DNA of 64,000 bases from Bacillota bacterium. Its GTDB lineage: Bacteria > Bacillota > Sulfobacillia > Fermentithermobacillales > Fermentithermobacillaceae. Within the stretch, counting starts at the first letter, position 1, and every line of letters starts with the position of its first letter. Below, one piece after another: positions 17,648 through 25,541 of this stretch. The stretch spans positions 187,950 through 251,949 of the forward strand of contig JAXGPX010000001.1 in the NCBI GenBank assembly GCA_040766745.1, read 5' to 3'. The translations under genes were made by a program, and so were the position numbers. The notes under the pieces were generated by a model. The model did no database searches. It was not told where the DNA came from and worked only from the letters and a program-made list of their open reading frames with translations.

Positions 17648-19128
17648 ACCGGAAATATGTGATGTTCAGTCCGGTTACACGATTGAGCGGGCTTCTCTCA
17701 GTTGAAACCATAATGGAGAACAATCAGGTTACCGAAGCAAACGTGAAAGGTACGTTGTTTAGAGGGTTTGAATGGATTATGAAGGGCAGGCATATAAGAG
17801 ATGCCGTGTACATGACCCAAAGAATTTGCGGGATTTGTTCTATGGCTCACGGAGCGTGTGCTTCTTACCTACTAGATGAATTGTATGATAATGAAATCAG
17901 TGAAAATGGCCAACTGCTCAGGAACATAATGTACGCATCAGATTTTCTGCAGAACCATATACGCCACTATTACCTTTTCAGCATGCCTGATTTCGTGAGG
18001 ATGCCGGAGCGTGCTCCGTTTGAAGGCCAGGATGTAAGTGATTTACGACTGAACCCTCGAGACAATGATACACTCGTAGATCATTACTTCGAAGCCATCA
18101 AGGCAGCTCAGGAAAGCCACCAGATTCTTACTTTGTTTGGAGGAAAAGCTCCTCACCAGCATAGCTTCGTTGAAGGCGGAGTTGCCGTGATTCCTACTGC
18201 AGACAAAATAGGCCAGGCTTTGGCCTTGATAAACAATATCAGGGCATTCGTCAGAGACCGAATGGTTCCTGATACTGAACTTATCGCACGGGTTTACAGG
18301 GATTACTTTTCTATAGGTGTGACCCCGGCCCGGCTTTTGAGCTTTGGGCTTTTCCGGTTTGGCCCCAAGAATGAGGTGTTTGTGTGGCGTGGGGGAGTGC
18401 TTAACGATGGCTGGCTTAGTTCAGTGGACATAAGCAAAATTCATGAGACAGTAACAAGGTCATGGTTTAGAGAAGAGGGATACCAATTTGAAGAAGATGA
18501 TGGCGGTTCATATTGTGAGGGTAAGCCGGAGACCCCAGTGGCCGGGTTGGACATTGGCCTGACTCAGCTAATCCCAGACCCGAATAAGCCAGGTGGGTAT
18601 TCATGGGTAAAGTCGGTGCAGTATTCAGGAGAGCCGTTTGAGGTAGGGCCACTTGCGAGAATGACGATAAATGGCTTCTACAGAGGCGGCATGTCTACCA
18701 TGGACCGAATCTATGCCCGAACTGTTGAGACTCTGCTAATTGCAGACTTGGTTAAAGAATGGCTTTGCCGCCTTAGAACCGGCCCGGCTCCAATTAGCCA
18801 GAAGGAAGAGCCTGAAAAGAATAAGGCTACTGCACTGACCGATGCAATGCGAGGATCTCTCCTTCACAGCGTTGACATGGAAGACGAAAAGGTAATATCG
18901 TACAACATTATTACTCCTACTACTTGGAACTTTTCACCCAAAGACGATAGGGGCCAGATGGGCCCTGTAGAGAATGCCCTGGTAGGCACAAGGGTAAGCA
19001 GCCGGCAGAACATCTTGACAGTGCTTGGAAGAATAATCAGGTCCTTTGACCCATGCTTGTCGTGTGGAACACATGTGCTGAGCCGTGAAGATGGTCTGCT
19101 CTCATCGATTGGGCAAGTGATTTTGTAG
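17644..19128 (+). CDS. [NiFe]-hydrogenase large subunit (catalytic), with a C-terminal extension after His for proteolytic maturation
   Basis: N-terminal RICGICSMAH and C-terminal DPCLSCGTHV Ni-binding motifs. The start overlaps the small-subunit stop (ATGA). The L1 RxEGH motif is divergent (TRLSGLL). Confidence 0.85.
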   Translation: MNRKYVMFSPVTRLSGLLSVETIMENNQVTEANVKGTLFRGFEWIMKGRHIRDAVYMTQRICGICSMAHGACASYLLDELYDNEISENGQLLRNIMYASDFLQNHIRHYYLFSMPDFVRMPERAPFEGQDVSDLRLNPRDNDTLVDHYFEAIKAAQESHQILTLFGGKAPHQHSFVEGGVAVIPTADKIGQALALINNIRAFVRDRMVPDTELIARVYRDYFSIGVTPARLLSFGLFRFGPKNEVFVWRGGVLNDGWLSSVDISKIHETVTRSWFREEGYQFEEDDGGSYCEGKPETPVAGLDIGLTQLIPDPNKPGGYSWVKSVQYSGEPFEVGPLARMTINGFYRGGMSTMDRIYARTVETLLIADLVKEWLCRLRTGPAPISQKEEPEKNKATALTDAMRGSLLHSVDMEDEKVISYNIITPTTWNFSPKDDRGQMGPVENALVGTRVSSRQNILTVLGRIIRSFDPCLSCGTHVLSREDGLLSSIGQVIL

Positions 19129-19310
19129 GTAAAATGGCCCTCTATTCAACTCTTACCGTAGATTTTCTTTTTAGGCAAGTGCGTCTTGGAGATATCTTAG
19201 CGTAGAGCCCAAGCAGGTTTGAAGTTTGCCTTCGTCTTCTGATTCGTATAGTATGGCTCTGTACGTCGATGCAGATAATTTACTACCAAATGCAGAAAGG
19301 AGGACGGACA

Positions 19311-19652
19311 ATGAAAAAAGCAATATCGGTAGTTCTGTTACTAGGAGTAGTGTTGGTTTTCTCGGGATGCAGTTCTTCCAAATGGGAAAACGGTACTTTC
19401 TACGGAACCGGAACAGGCCATGGCGGCCCAATCAAAGTAGAAGTAGTCATAGAAAAAGGCAAGATTGCTAAGGTTGAAGCGGTTGAGCACAGCGAGACTC
19501 CCGGTTTGGGAGACGCAGCCCTTACCAAGATCTCTGCTGACGTGATTAAAGATCAGAAGGCTGAGGTAGACTCGGTAACCGGCGCAACCGTAACCAGCGA
19601 AGGTTTCAAGGCAGCTATTGCTGATGCCCTCTCACAGGCAGAGAAGAAGTAA
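19311..19652 (+). CDS. FMN-binding-domain lipoprotein (extracellular), with an ApbE flavinylation motif
   Basis: Signal peptide plus lipobox (LVFSGC). FMN_bind-type motif DSVTGATVTS. ATG 19311 is preceded by AAAGGAGG. Confidence 0.75.
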   Translation: MKKAISVVLLLGVVLVFSGCSSSKWENGTFYGTGTGHGGPIKVEVVIEKGKIAKVEAVEHSETPGLGDAALTKISADVIKDQKAEVDSVTGATVTSEGFKAAIADALSQAEKK

Positions 19653-19709
19653 AAGCACAATACGATGAGGCACTTATTGCTGGAGCGTACATAGGGGGAG
19701 GACTACTAA

Positions 19710-21149
19710 ATGAAGAAATTGGCTCAGGCCTTGGCGGTGGCTCTTATATGTATATTGTCTGTGGGATGTGCAGGCGGAGCAAAGTACAAGGCTGACGTAG
19801 TGGTAATAGGGGCGGGCGGTGCGGGGCTGGCCGCGGCCAATACAGCAGCGGACAATGGAGTAAAGGTAATCTTGATTGAGAAAATGCCCTTTGCAGGCGG
19901 AGCGACTACTCTGGCTGCCGGCTCTATTACAGGTACCGGAACCAAGCTTCAGACTGAAAACGGTGTAGAAGCTTCAGCAGAGGAATTTCAGGCTGAACTA
20001 GAGAGTGAAGCAGTATATGAATATGACAGGGAACTTGTATCTGCCCATGCTGGATACTCTGGCAAGGCCATTGACTTCATGGCTGATCTGGGAGTTGAGT
20101 TCTTCCCTGAACTTGAACAAGCTCCGTTTAGGCATAGAACAAAAGATCCGTACCAGGCGAAATTCGTTCAGCTTGCGCTGGACTCCTTAAAGAGCAAAGG
20201 CGGAGAGGCCCTTCTGAATACTAAGGCTACTGAGATATTGAAGGACAAAGACGGGTCGGTTTCAGGTGTCAAGGCCATATCTGATGGCAAGGAAATCACA
20301 ATAGCGGCAAAAGCCGTTATTATCGCTACAGGCGACTTTGGAGCAAATAAGGAAATGCTACCTGTCGAGTACAGAAATGCCCTCAATTTCGGCCCTGTCT
20401 CCAGCACCGGAGATGGTATCAAGATGGCCGAGAGCTTAGGAGCTGCCACTGTTAACATGGATAAGGTGGCACTCTGGGGCAATGGTATTGAGGCAGCCGA
20501 GGGGCTCGGTGAGTACAGCTGGGGCCGGCTTCTTTGTGAGTTTGGCGGAATTTACGTTAACACCGATGGGGTAAGGTTCTCTAAAGACGTTTTAGATGAT
20601 GAAGAGGTAGCCCAGGCAACATTTGAGCAAGAGCAGGCAGGCAAGTATGTTTGGGTGGTTTTTGACCAGAAAATCAAAGACGCTCTGCATGGGTTAGGTT
20701 TTCCTAGTGTTGTGGCAACCTGGGATGCAGCAAAAGAGGCTACAGAACTAGAGAAGAACCATAACGTAGCAAAAGCCGATTCGATAACAGATCTTGCAGC
20801 AAAGATTGGAGTACCTGCAGAAGCTCTTGAAGATACACTGAGCAAGTACAATTCCTATGTTGAAACTCAAAGCGATCCTGAGTTTGGGCGGCCTTTGTTC
20901 GCTAATCCCATTGCAGAAGGGCCGTACTATGCAATGATCCAGCGGGTGGGGATCTACCCGACAGTCGGCGGCTTGAAGATTGATGCAGAAGCTCGAGTGT
21001 TGAATACTTCAGGCGAGCCGATTCCAGGACTATATGCTGCAGGCGATGTCACTGGCGGAGTTAGCACTAACGGCCGTGACACTCTGGTTCCTGGCATGTC
21101 ATTTGGGATAATCGCAGGTGAAAACGCGGCTGAGCAGGCGAAGCAGTAA
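19710..21149 (+). CDS. FAD-dependent oxidoreductase of the fumarate-reductase/urocanate-reductase flavoprotein (FAD_binding_2) family, made as a lipoprotein (extracellular)
   Basis: Lipobox LSVGC. FAD dinucleotide motif DVVVIGAGGAGLAAA. C-terminal active-site-like region (GLYAAGDVTGG). Confidence 0.75.
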   Translation: MKKLAQALAVALICILSVGCAGGAKYKADVVVIGAGGAGLAAANTAADNGVKVILIEKMPFAGGATTLAAGSITGTGTKLQTENGVEASAEEFQAELESEAVYEYDRELVSAHAGYSGKAIDFMADLGVEFFPELEQAPFRHRTKDPYQAKFVQLALDSLKSKGGEALLNTKATEILKDKDGSVSGVKAISDGKEITIAAKAVIIATGDFGANKEMLPVEYRNALNFGPVSSTGDGIKMAESLGAATVNMDKVALWGNGIEAAEGLGEYSWGRLLCEFGGIYVNTDGVRFSKDVLDDEEVAQATFEQEQAGKYVWVVFDQKIKDALHGLGFPSVVATWDAAKEATELEKNHNVAKADSITDLAAKIGVPAEALEDTLSKYNSYVETQSDPEFGRPLFANPIAEGPYYAMIQRVGIYPTVGGLKIDAEARVLNTSGEPIPGLYAAGDVTGGVSTNGRDTLVPGMSFGIIAGENAAEQAKQ

Positions 21150-21378
21150 TAGCGGCCTCACCTGTTCAGTCTATATAATGGGCGTAATGCATATAACGCT
21201 TTCAGGTATTTGATCGCAAAGAGGCGGGCAAGCCGCACAGGCAAGACGGCAACTACACCATACGTTGTGACTGCCTGTGATGCCGGGGATAGTCATCCGT
21301 GGCAGAAACAAGACGGTTTGCCTGCCTGTATTATGTGATAGCAATTTAGCGCGTTGAGTGTAGGGCAGCTATAACCTG

Positions 21379-21423
21379 TTGACGCGCGGAATACCTCTGG
21401 TTATTATTTGATTAACATGTTAA
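21379..21423 (+). promoter_or_regulatory. Sigma-A-type promoter (TTGACG-17-TATTAT) followed by the perfect 12-bp palindrome TTAACATGTTAA (candidate operator) upstream of the epimerase gene
   Basis: ttgacg cgcggaatacctctggt tattat ttgat TTAACATGTTAA, read directly from the sequence. Confidence 0.5.
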
Positions 21424-21471
21424 CTAAGTGTTCAATACATCAAGGGGCCAACCGCTTGACAAGGGGGTAGG

Positions 21472-22464
21472 GTGATGATAGTTGTAACCGGTGCTCCAGG
21501 CCATCTGGGTAACAATTTGGTGAGGGCTCTGCTCAAGCGGAATTTCCGGGTAAGGTGCATGGTGCTTGCAGGAGAGAGCCTTGTTTCGCTGGAGGGGCTT
21601 GATGTTGAAATTGCAGAAGGCGATGTTCGAAATATTGATTCTTTGTACAGGGCTTTCGATGGAGCCGATGTTGTTTACCACCTTGCGTCGGTGATCAGCT
21701 TGTTGCCTGGCCGTTCCAGGCTTCTCGACGATGTGAATGTAAGAGGAGCCAGAAATGTAGCAGAAGCCTGCCTGAAAACAGGTGTTAGGCGGTTGGTATA
21801 TGCTAGTTCGATCCATGCTCTGGCTGAACCACCCCACGGCCATGTAGTTGATGAGTCATGTCCCTGCGATCCAAGTCGAATAGCCATGGCTTACAGCCGT
21901 TCAAAGGCCAGAGGCACTCTTGAAATCATGGAAGTCATGCAAAAAGGACTAGATGCGGTAGTTGTATTGCCAACCGGAATGATTGGCCCATATGATTTCA
22001 AACCTTCTGAGACAGGGAGGATGATTGTTGACTATGTTGCAGGCAGGATTCCTGCCCGGGTTGAAGGCGGGTATGATTTTGTTGATGTTAGGGATGTGGC
22101 AGAAGGCCATATTCTTGCAGCTGAAAATGGGAAGCCAGGGGAGAAATATATCCTGTCCGGTGAATGGATTTCCCTTGATGACATAATGAAGGAGATTTCC
22201 CTGGCAACCAATGTTCCGTTTCCTCGCTGGAGAGTACCGGTGGGCTTGGCATCTGCCATGGCTCTCGTATTTACCTCATACAGTATGATGACAGGTGCGA
22301 AAGTACTCCTAAACCAGGATTCTATCAGCACTCTTCGGAGCAATTCTCAGATATCATCTGAAAAGGCCCGAAGAGAACTTGGATATTCTTGCCGGCCTGT
22401 ACGAGAGAGTATTCGGGATACAGTGCGGTGGTTCCAAGAGGCACGGCTGCTGCCTAACAGATAG
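21472..22464 (+). CDS. NAD-dependent epimerase/dehydratase (extended SDR family; dihydroflavonol-reductase/HpnA-like)
   Basis: N-terminal VVTGAPGHLGNNLVRAL Rossmann motif. YxxxK-type SDR region (YSRSK). Confidence 0.75.
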   Translation: MMIVVTGAPGHLGNNLVRALLKRNFRVRCMVLAGESLVSLEGLDVEIAEGDVRNIDSLYRAFDGADVVYHLASVISLLPGRSRLLDDVNVRGARNVAEACLKTGVRRLVYASSIHALAEPPHGHVVDESCPCDPSRIAMAYSRSKARGTLEIMEVMQKGLDAVVVLPTGMIGPYDFKPSETGRMIVDYVAGRIPARVEGGYDFVDVRDVAEGHILAAENGKPGEKYILSGEWISLDDIMKEISLATNVPFPRWRVPVGLASAMALVFTSYSMMTGAKVLLNQDSISTLRSNSQISSEKARRELGYSCRPVRESIRDTVRWFQEARLLPNR

Positions 22465-22611
22465 GCGAGACGACCCTGGATACCGTCAGTCAGCAAGCGC
22501 CCCTAATGTTGCTTCTTTTACTGTGTTAAGCAGGCATGCTTCGTAGATAACCAGTTATGTATTATACTATGTGAAAATATCTTTTCAGAATAAAGGACTA
22601 GTGATTGTTCG

Positions 22612-23058
22612 ATGTATGATTTTCAGCTGATAGTAAGTTCTGCCGGGCGAGTTGTTCAAATTGGCAGAATATGTGTTAGCAATGCTTTAAAGGAGATCGG
22701 CTTGAGCAGTGCCGAAGCGGACGTTTTGATGTTTTTGTATATGAACGGGGATGGCATTCGCCAAGATGATATTGTTGCAGGGGTTGAGGTAAGCAAACCT
22801 GCAATTTCCAGGACAATTCATTCTTTGGAAAGCAAAGGTTATGTAATACGTAAGCAAAATACTGAAGACAAGAGATCTTATGTTGTATCGCTGACCGACA
22901 GAGCCAGAGAAGCTGAAGGGCTCGTCAAGAAGCAATACCGGGATCTTGTAAATGCAGCTTGTTTGGGAATTCCTGAAGAAAAAGTTAAGGAAGTAATCGA
23001 AGTATTCAAGGACGTTGTGAACAACATGGAGAAATACCGTATAGAGAGGTTTTCGTGA
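22612..23058 (+). CDS. MarR-family transcriptional regulator
   Basis: Winged-HTH core (DVLMFLYMNGDGIRQDDIVAGVEVSKPAISRTIHSLESKGYVIRKQNTEDKRS). Confidence 0.75.
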   Translation: MYDFQLIVSSAGRVVQIGRICVSNALKEIGLSSAEADVLMFLYMNGDGIRQDDIVAGVEVSKPAISRTIHSLESKGYVIRKQNTEDKRSYVVSLTDRAREAEGLVKKQYRDLVNAACLGIPEEKVKEVIEVFKDVVNNMEKYRIERFS

Positions 23059-23128
23059 ACCCATGCATTGGCGCTTCTGCCGATAAAGGTGGGCACAGGT
23101 ATTTTCTGCACCTTTAATGGAGGTTTTT

Positions 23129-24334
23129 ATGCTTACAGGGCAATTGCTTGAGCTTATTTATGAGGCTGCAAGTATTCAGCGTTGGAACGATCATATAAGG
23201 CCTGCTCAGGGGTTTACCGAACTCGACAAGCAGGCCCATAAAATGGTATATGCCTATGTACTCGGCAAATTTGAAGAAGCCGGTGGTACTTTGCAGTTCG
23301 ATTGGACCAAACTTATCGAAGGCGGATTGTTTGAGTTCCTTCATAGAATAAAGCTTACCGACATTAAGCCCCCGGTGTTTCACAAAATAATGGAAGAGAA
23401 AGGGCATGAGATTAACCGCTGGGTCCTTGGCCAGTATGAAGACCCTCTTAGCCGGATTGATTCTCATCTTTACTTGCGCTTTCGGGAGTATCTTGCCAAT
23501 GACAAGTACAGTTTCGGCGAAAAACAGATACTCAAGGCTTCTCATTACTTGGCGACTAATTGGGAGTTTCAACATATATACAGGCTAAATGCAGGTTTGT
23601 ATGGGCTTGAAGGCGAGAAAGAGAGCATAGAGGGCAGGTTAAGCGAACACGGTTCGCTTATCGGCGTCAGAACGCTGGCTTTGGATAGGAACATTCATAA
23701 TTTCATGGATCTTGTAGGCCAGCTCCGGTTTCAGCAAAGATGGGGGCAGTCGCCAAGAATACCTCAGACATCGGTCCTTGGGCATATGCTTATAGTTGCT
23801 CTAATTGCTTTCTTTGCTTCACTTGACCTGGGTGCTTGTCCCAAGCGGATGTACAATAACTACTTTTGTGGATTGTTTCACGATTTACCCGAAGTTTTGA
23901 CCCGGGATATTGTTGCTCCCGTAAAGCGGTCAATTCCTGATTTGGACAAGATAATCAAGGGCATTGAGTCTTCCTGGTTTGATGAGCGGATCTACCCGCT
24001 GCTGCCTGATTCATGGCACAACGAGATCAGGTACTTTGTAGAAGATGAATTTGCAGACCGCATTCGGGTTAATGGGAAGCGGGTCAATGCAACAATCACC
24101 TGTGAATATAACAGAGATTCCTACGACCCCCTGGACGGAACCGTGGTCAAAGCCTGTGACCAGCTTGCTGCTTATGCAGAGGCATTCCTTTCTATAAGGC
24201 ACGGTATCAGATCAAAGGCCCTAAAAGACGGCCTCTCAATCTATAGCCTCTACCGGGATCGGAAAAACATGGTCTCTGGAGTGGATTTCGGCACTGTCTT
24301 CAGTCACTTCAACCCCAACGAACTCGGCTTGTGA
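23129..24334 (+). CDS. HD-domain phosphohydrolase-like protein with a long N-terminal extension (YfbR/5'-deoxynucleotidase-like HD core)
   Basis: Motifs LGHMLIVALIA...GLFHDLPEVLTRD (H..HD...D). The second ATG (23129) has GGAGG 5 nt upstream. Confidence 0.6.
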   Translation: MLTGQLLELIYEAASIQRWNDHIRPAQGFTELDKQAHKMVYAYVLGKFEEAGGTLQFDWTKLIEGGLFEFLHRIKLTDIKPPVFHKIMEEKGHEINRWVLGQYEDPLSRIDSHLYLRFREYLANDKYSFGEKQILKASHYLATNWEFQHIYRLNAGLYGLEGEKESIEGRLSEHGSLIGVRTLALDRNIHNFMDLVGQLRFQQRWGQSPRIPQTSVLGHMLIVALIAFFASLDLGACPKRMYNNYFCGLFHDLPEVLTRDIVAPVKRSIPDLDKIIKGIESSWFDERIYPLLPDSWHNEIRYFVEDEFADRIRVNGKRVNATITCEYNRDSYDPLDGTVVKACDQLAAYAEAFLSIRHGIRSKALKDGLSIYSLYRDRKNMVSGVDFGTVFSHFNPNELGL

Positions 24335-24339
24335 AACAT

Positions 24340-24795
24340 TGGGGACGGTCTGGCCTTAGGTGGTCGGTTTTAGTACCAGGTTTGGTCCGAAGGTGGTCGA
24401 TTCTGGTACCGGGTTTGGCTGAAATCTGGCCGGTTTTGGGGCCAGTAAGGCCTCTGTGAGAACAAAAACGGGGGCTTTTTTACTGGATTTGGGCTGAGGT
24501 GGTCGATTTTAGTACCGGGTTTGGCTGAAACCTGGCGGATTTTGATACCAGGTTTGGTCCGAAGGTGGTCGATTCTGGTACCGGGTTGGGCTGAAATCTG
24601 GCCGGTTTTGGGGCCAGTAAGGCCTCTGTGAGAACAAAAACGGGGGCTTTTTTACTGGATTTGGGCTGAGGTGGTCGATTTTAGTACCGGGTTTGGCTGA
24701 AACCTGGCGGATTTTGATACCAGGTTTGGTCCGAAGGTGGTTGATTCTGGTACCGGGTTGGGCTGAAACCTGGCCGGTTTTGGGGCCAGTAATGC
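24340..24795. repeat. Tandem array of about 2.6 copies of a 172-bp unit. Each unit is built from two related ~86-bp halves sharing a ~35-bp core GGTGGTCGATTYTRGTACCRGGTTKGGYYGAAAYCTGG.
   Basis: Exact period of 172 bp: the same motif 'ggtccgaaggtgg' starts at 24384, 24556 and 24728. Contains the embedded inverted repeat ccagtaa...ttactgg. Lies about 270 bp upstream of tRNA-Pro. Confidence 0.85.
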
Positions 24796-25066
24796 TTTTA
24801 GAGGGGGCCAAAATTGCTTTGTAATGGAGGCCTAGTGGGCTAAGATGTTCAGCTACTGTCTTGATTGTCGATTTCTCCTCCAATACTTGTTCCATGACGT
24901 AAACTCTCCGTGTTCCTTTGGTGCTCAAGAAAATGTCTTCTCCTCTCATCATGGTGACATTTTCTCAGTCCGCTTACGAGGTGACAATATCACTGTCCGG
25001 TAACAAAGATTGCTGGTGTTCTAGACAAATGGAGTCGAAAAGGTTACAATAGTACCTGCATTGAGT

Positions 25067-25143
25067 CGGGCTGTGGCGCAGCTTGGTAGCGCGCTTGAAT
25101 GGGGTTCAAGAGGCCCCGCGTTCAAATCGCGGCAGCCCGACCA
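25067..25143 (+). tRNA. tRNA-Pro (anticodon GGG)
   Basis: Cloverleaf folded by hand: acceptor cgggctg/cagcccg, D-stem gcgc/gcgc, anticodon stem cttga/tcaag with loop ATGGGGT (anticodon GGG), T-stem ccgcg/cgcgg with TTCAAAT loop, 3' ACCA encoded. Confidence 0.85.
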
Positions 25144-25541
25144 ACAAAAACAGGGTTTTGGGATTCACGCTATACCTAAAGTAACGGAATTTGCTGAAGT
25201 TTGACTGCAATTCATTAAGGTAGAGAAGACCAGACGACGAAACGGGAAATCTGCGTAAACAAAGGGTTTCCATGGTTCGTCGTTGTTTTTTTGATTCCTT
25301 TTTAACATGAAAAGCCGAAATCACGCGGGAAAGCCGTGTATTATGTTAATATAGTGAAACGAGTTCTATACGTGCGACAAAGAAGGTATGCAATATAGTA
25401 TAAAACAATGAGTGGTATTACTGTTTTATGTTGATTATGGTCTAATTACACAGTACGACTTCAAGAATTATGGTTCTTGCAACCGCCGAATCTCCGAATG
25501 GGCCAGGGGTGGTGCGTTTCTACTGAGTGGGAGGTCATAGA

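Noticed and set aside
24340-24795. CRISPR array as an explanation for the repeats
   Set aside because: The segments between the conserved cores are themselves identical between units. The unit is 172 bp, not 28-37 bp repeats with unique spacers, and there are no cas genes nearby.
24509-24952. 147-aa minus-strand ORF reading through the 172-bp repeat array
   Set aside because: Only the first ~50 aa lie in unique DNA. The rest is a low-complexity translation of the tandem repeat. It is probably a gene remnant (HTH-like N-terminus) rather than an intact gene, and is reported as part of a finding instead.
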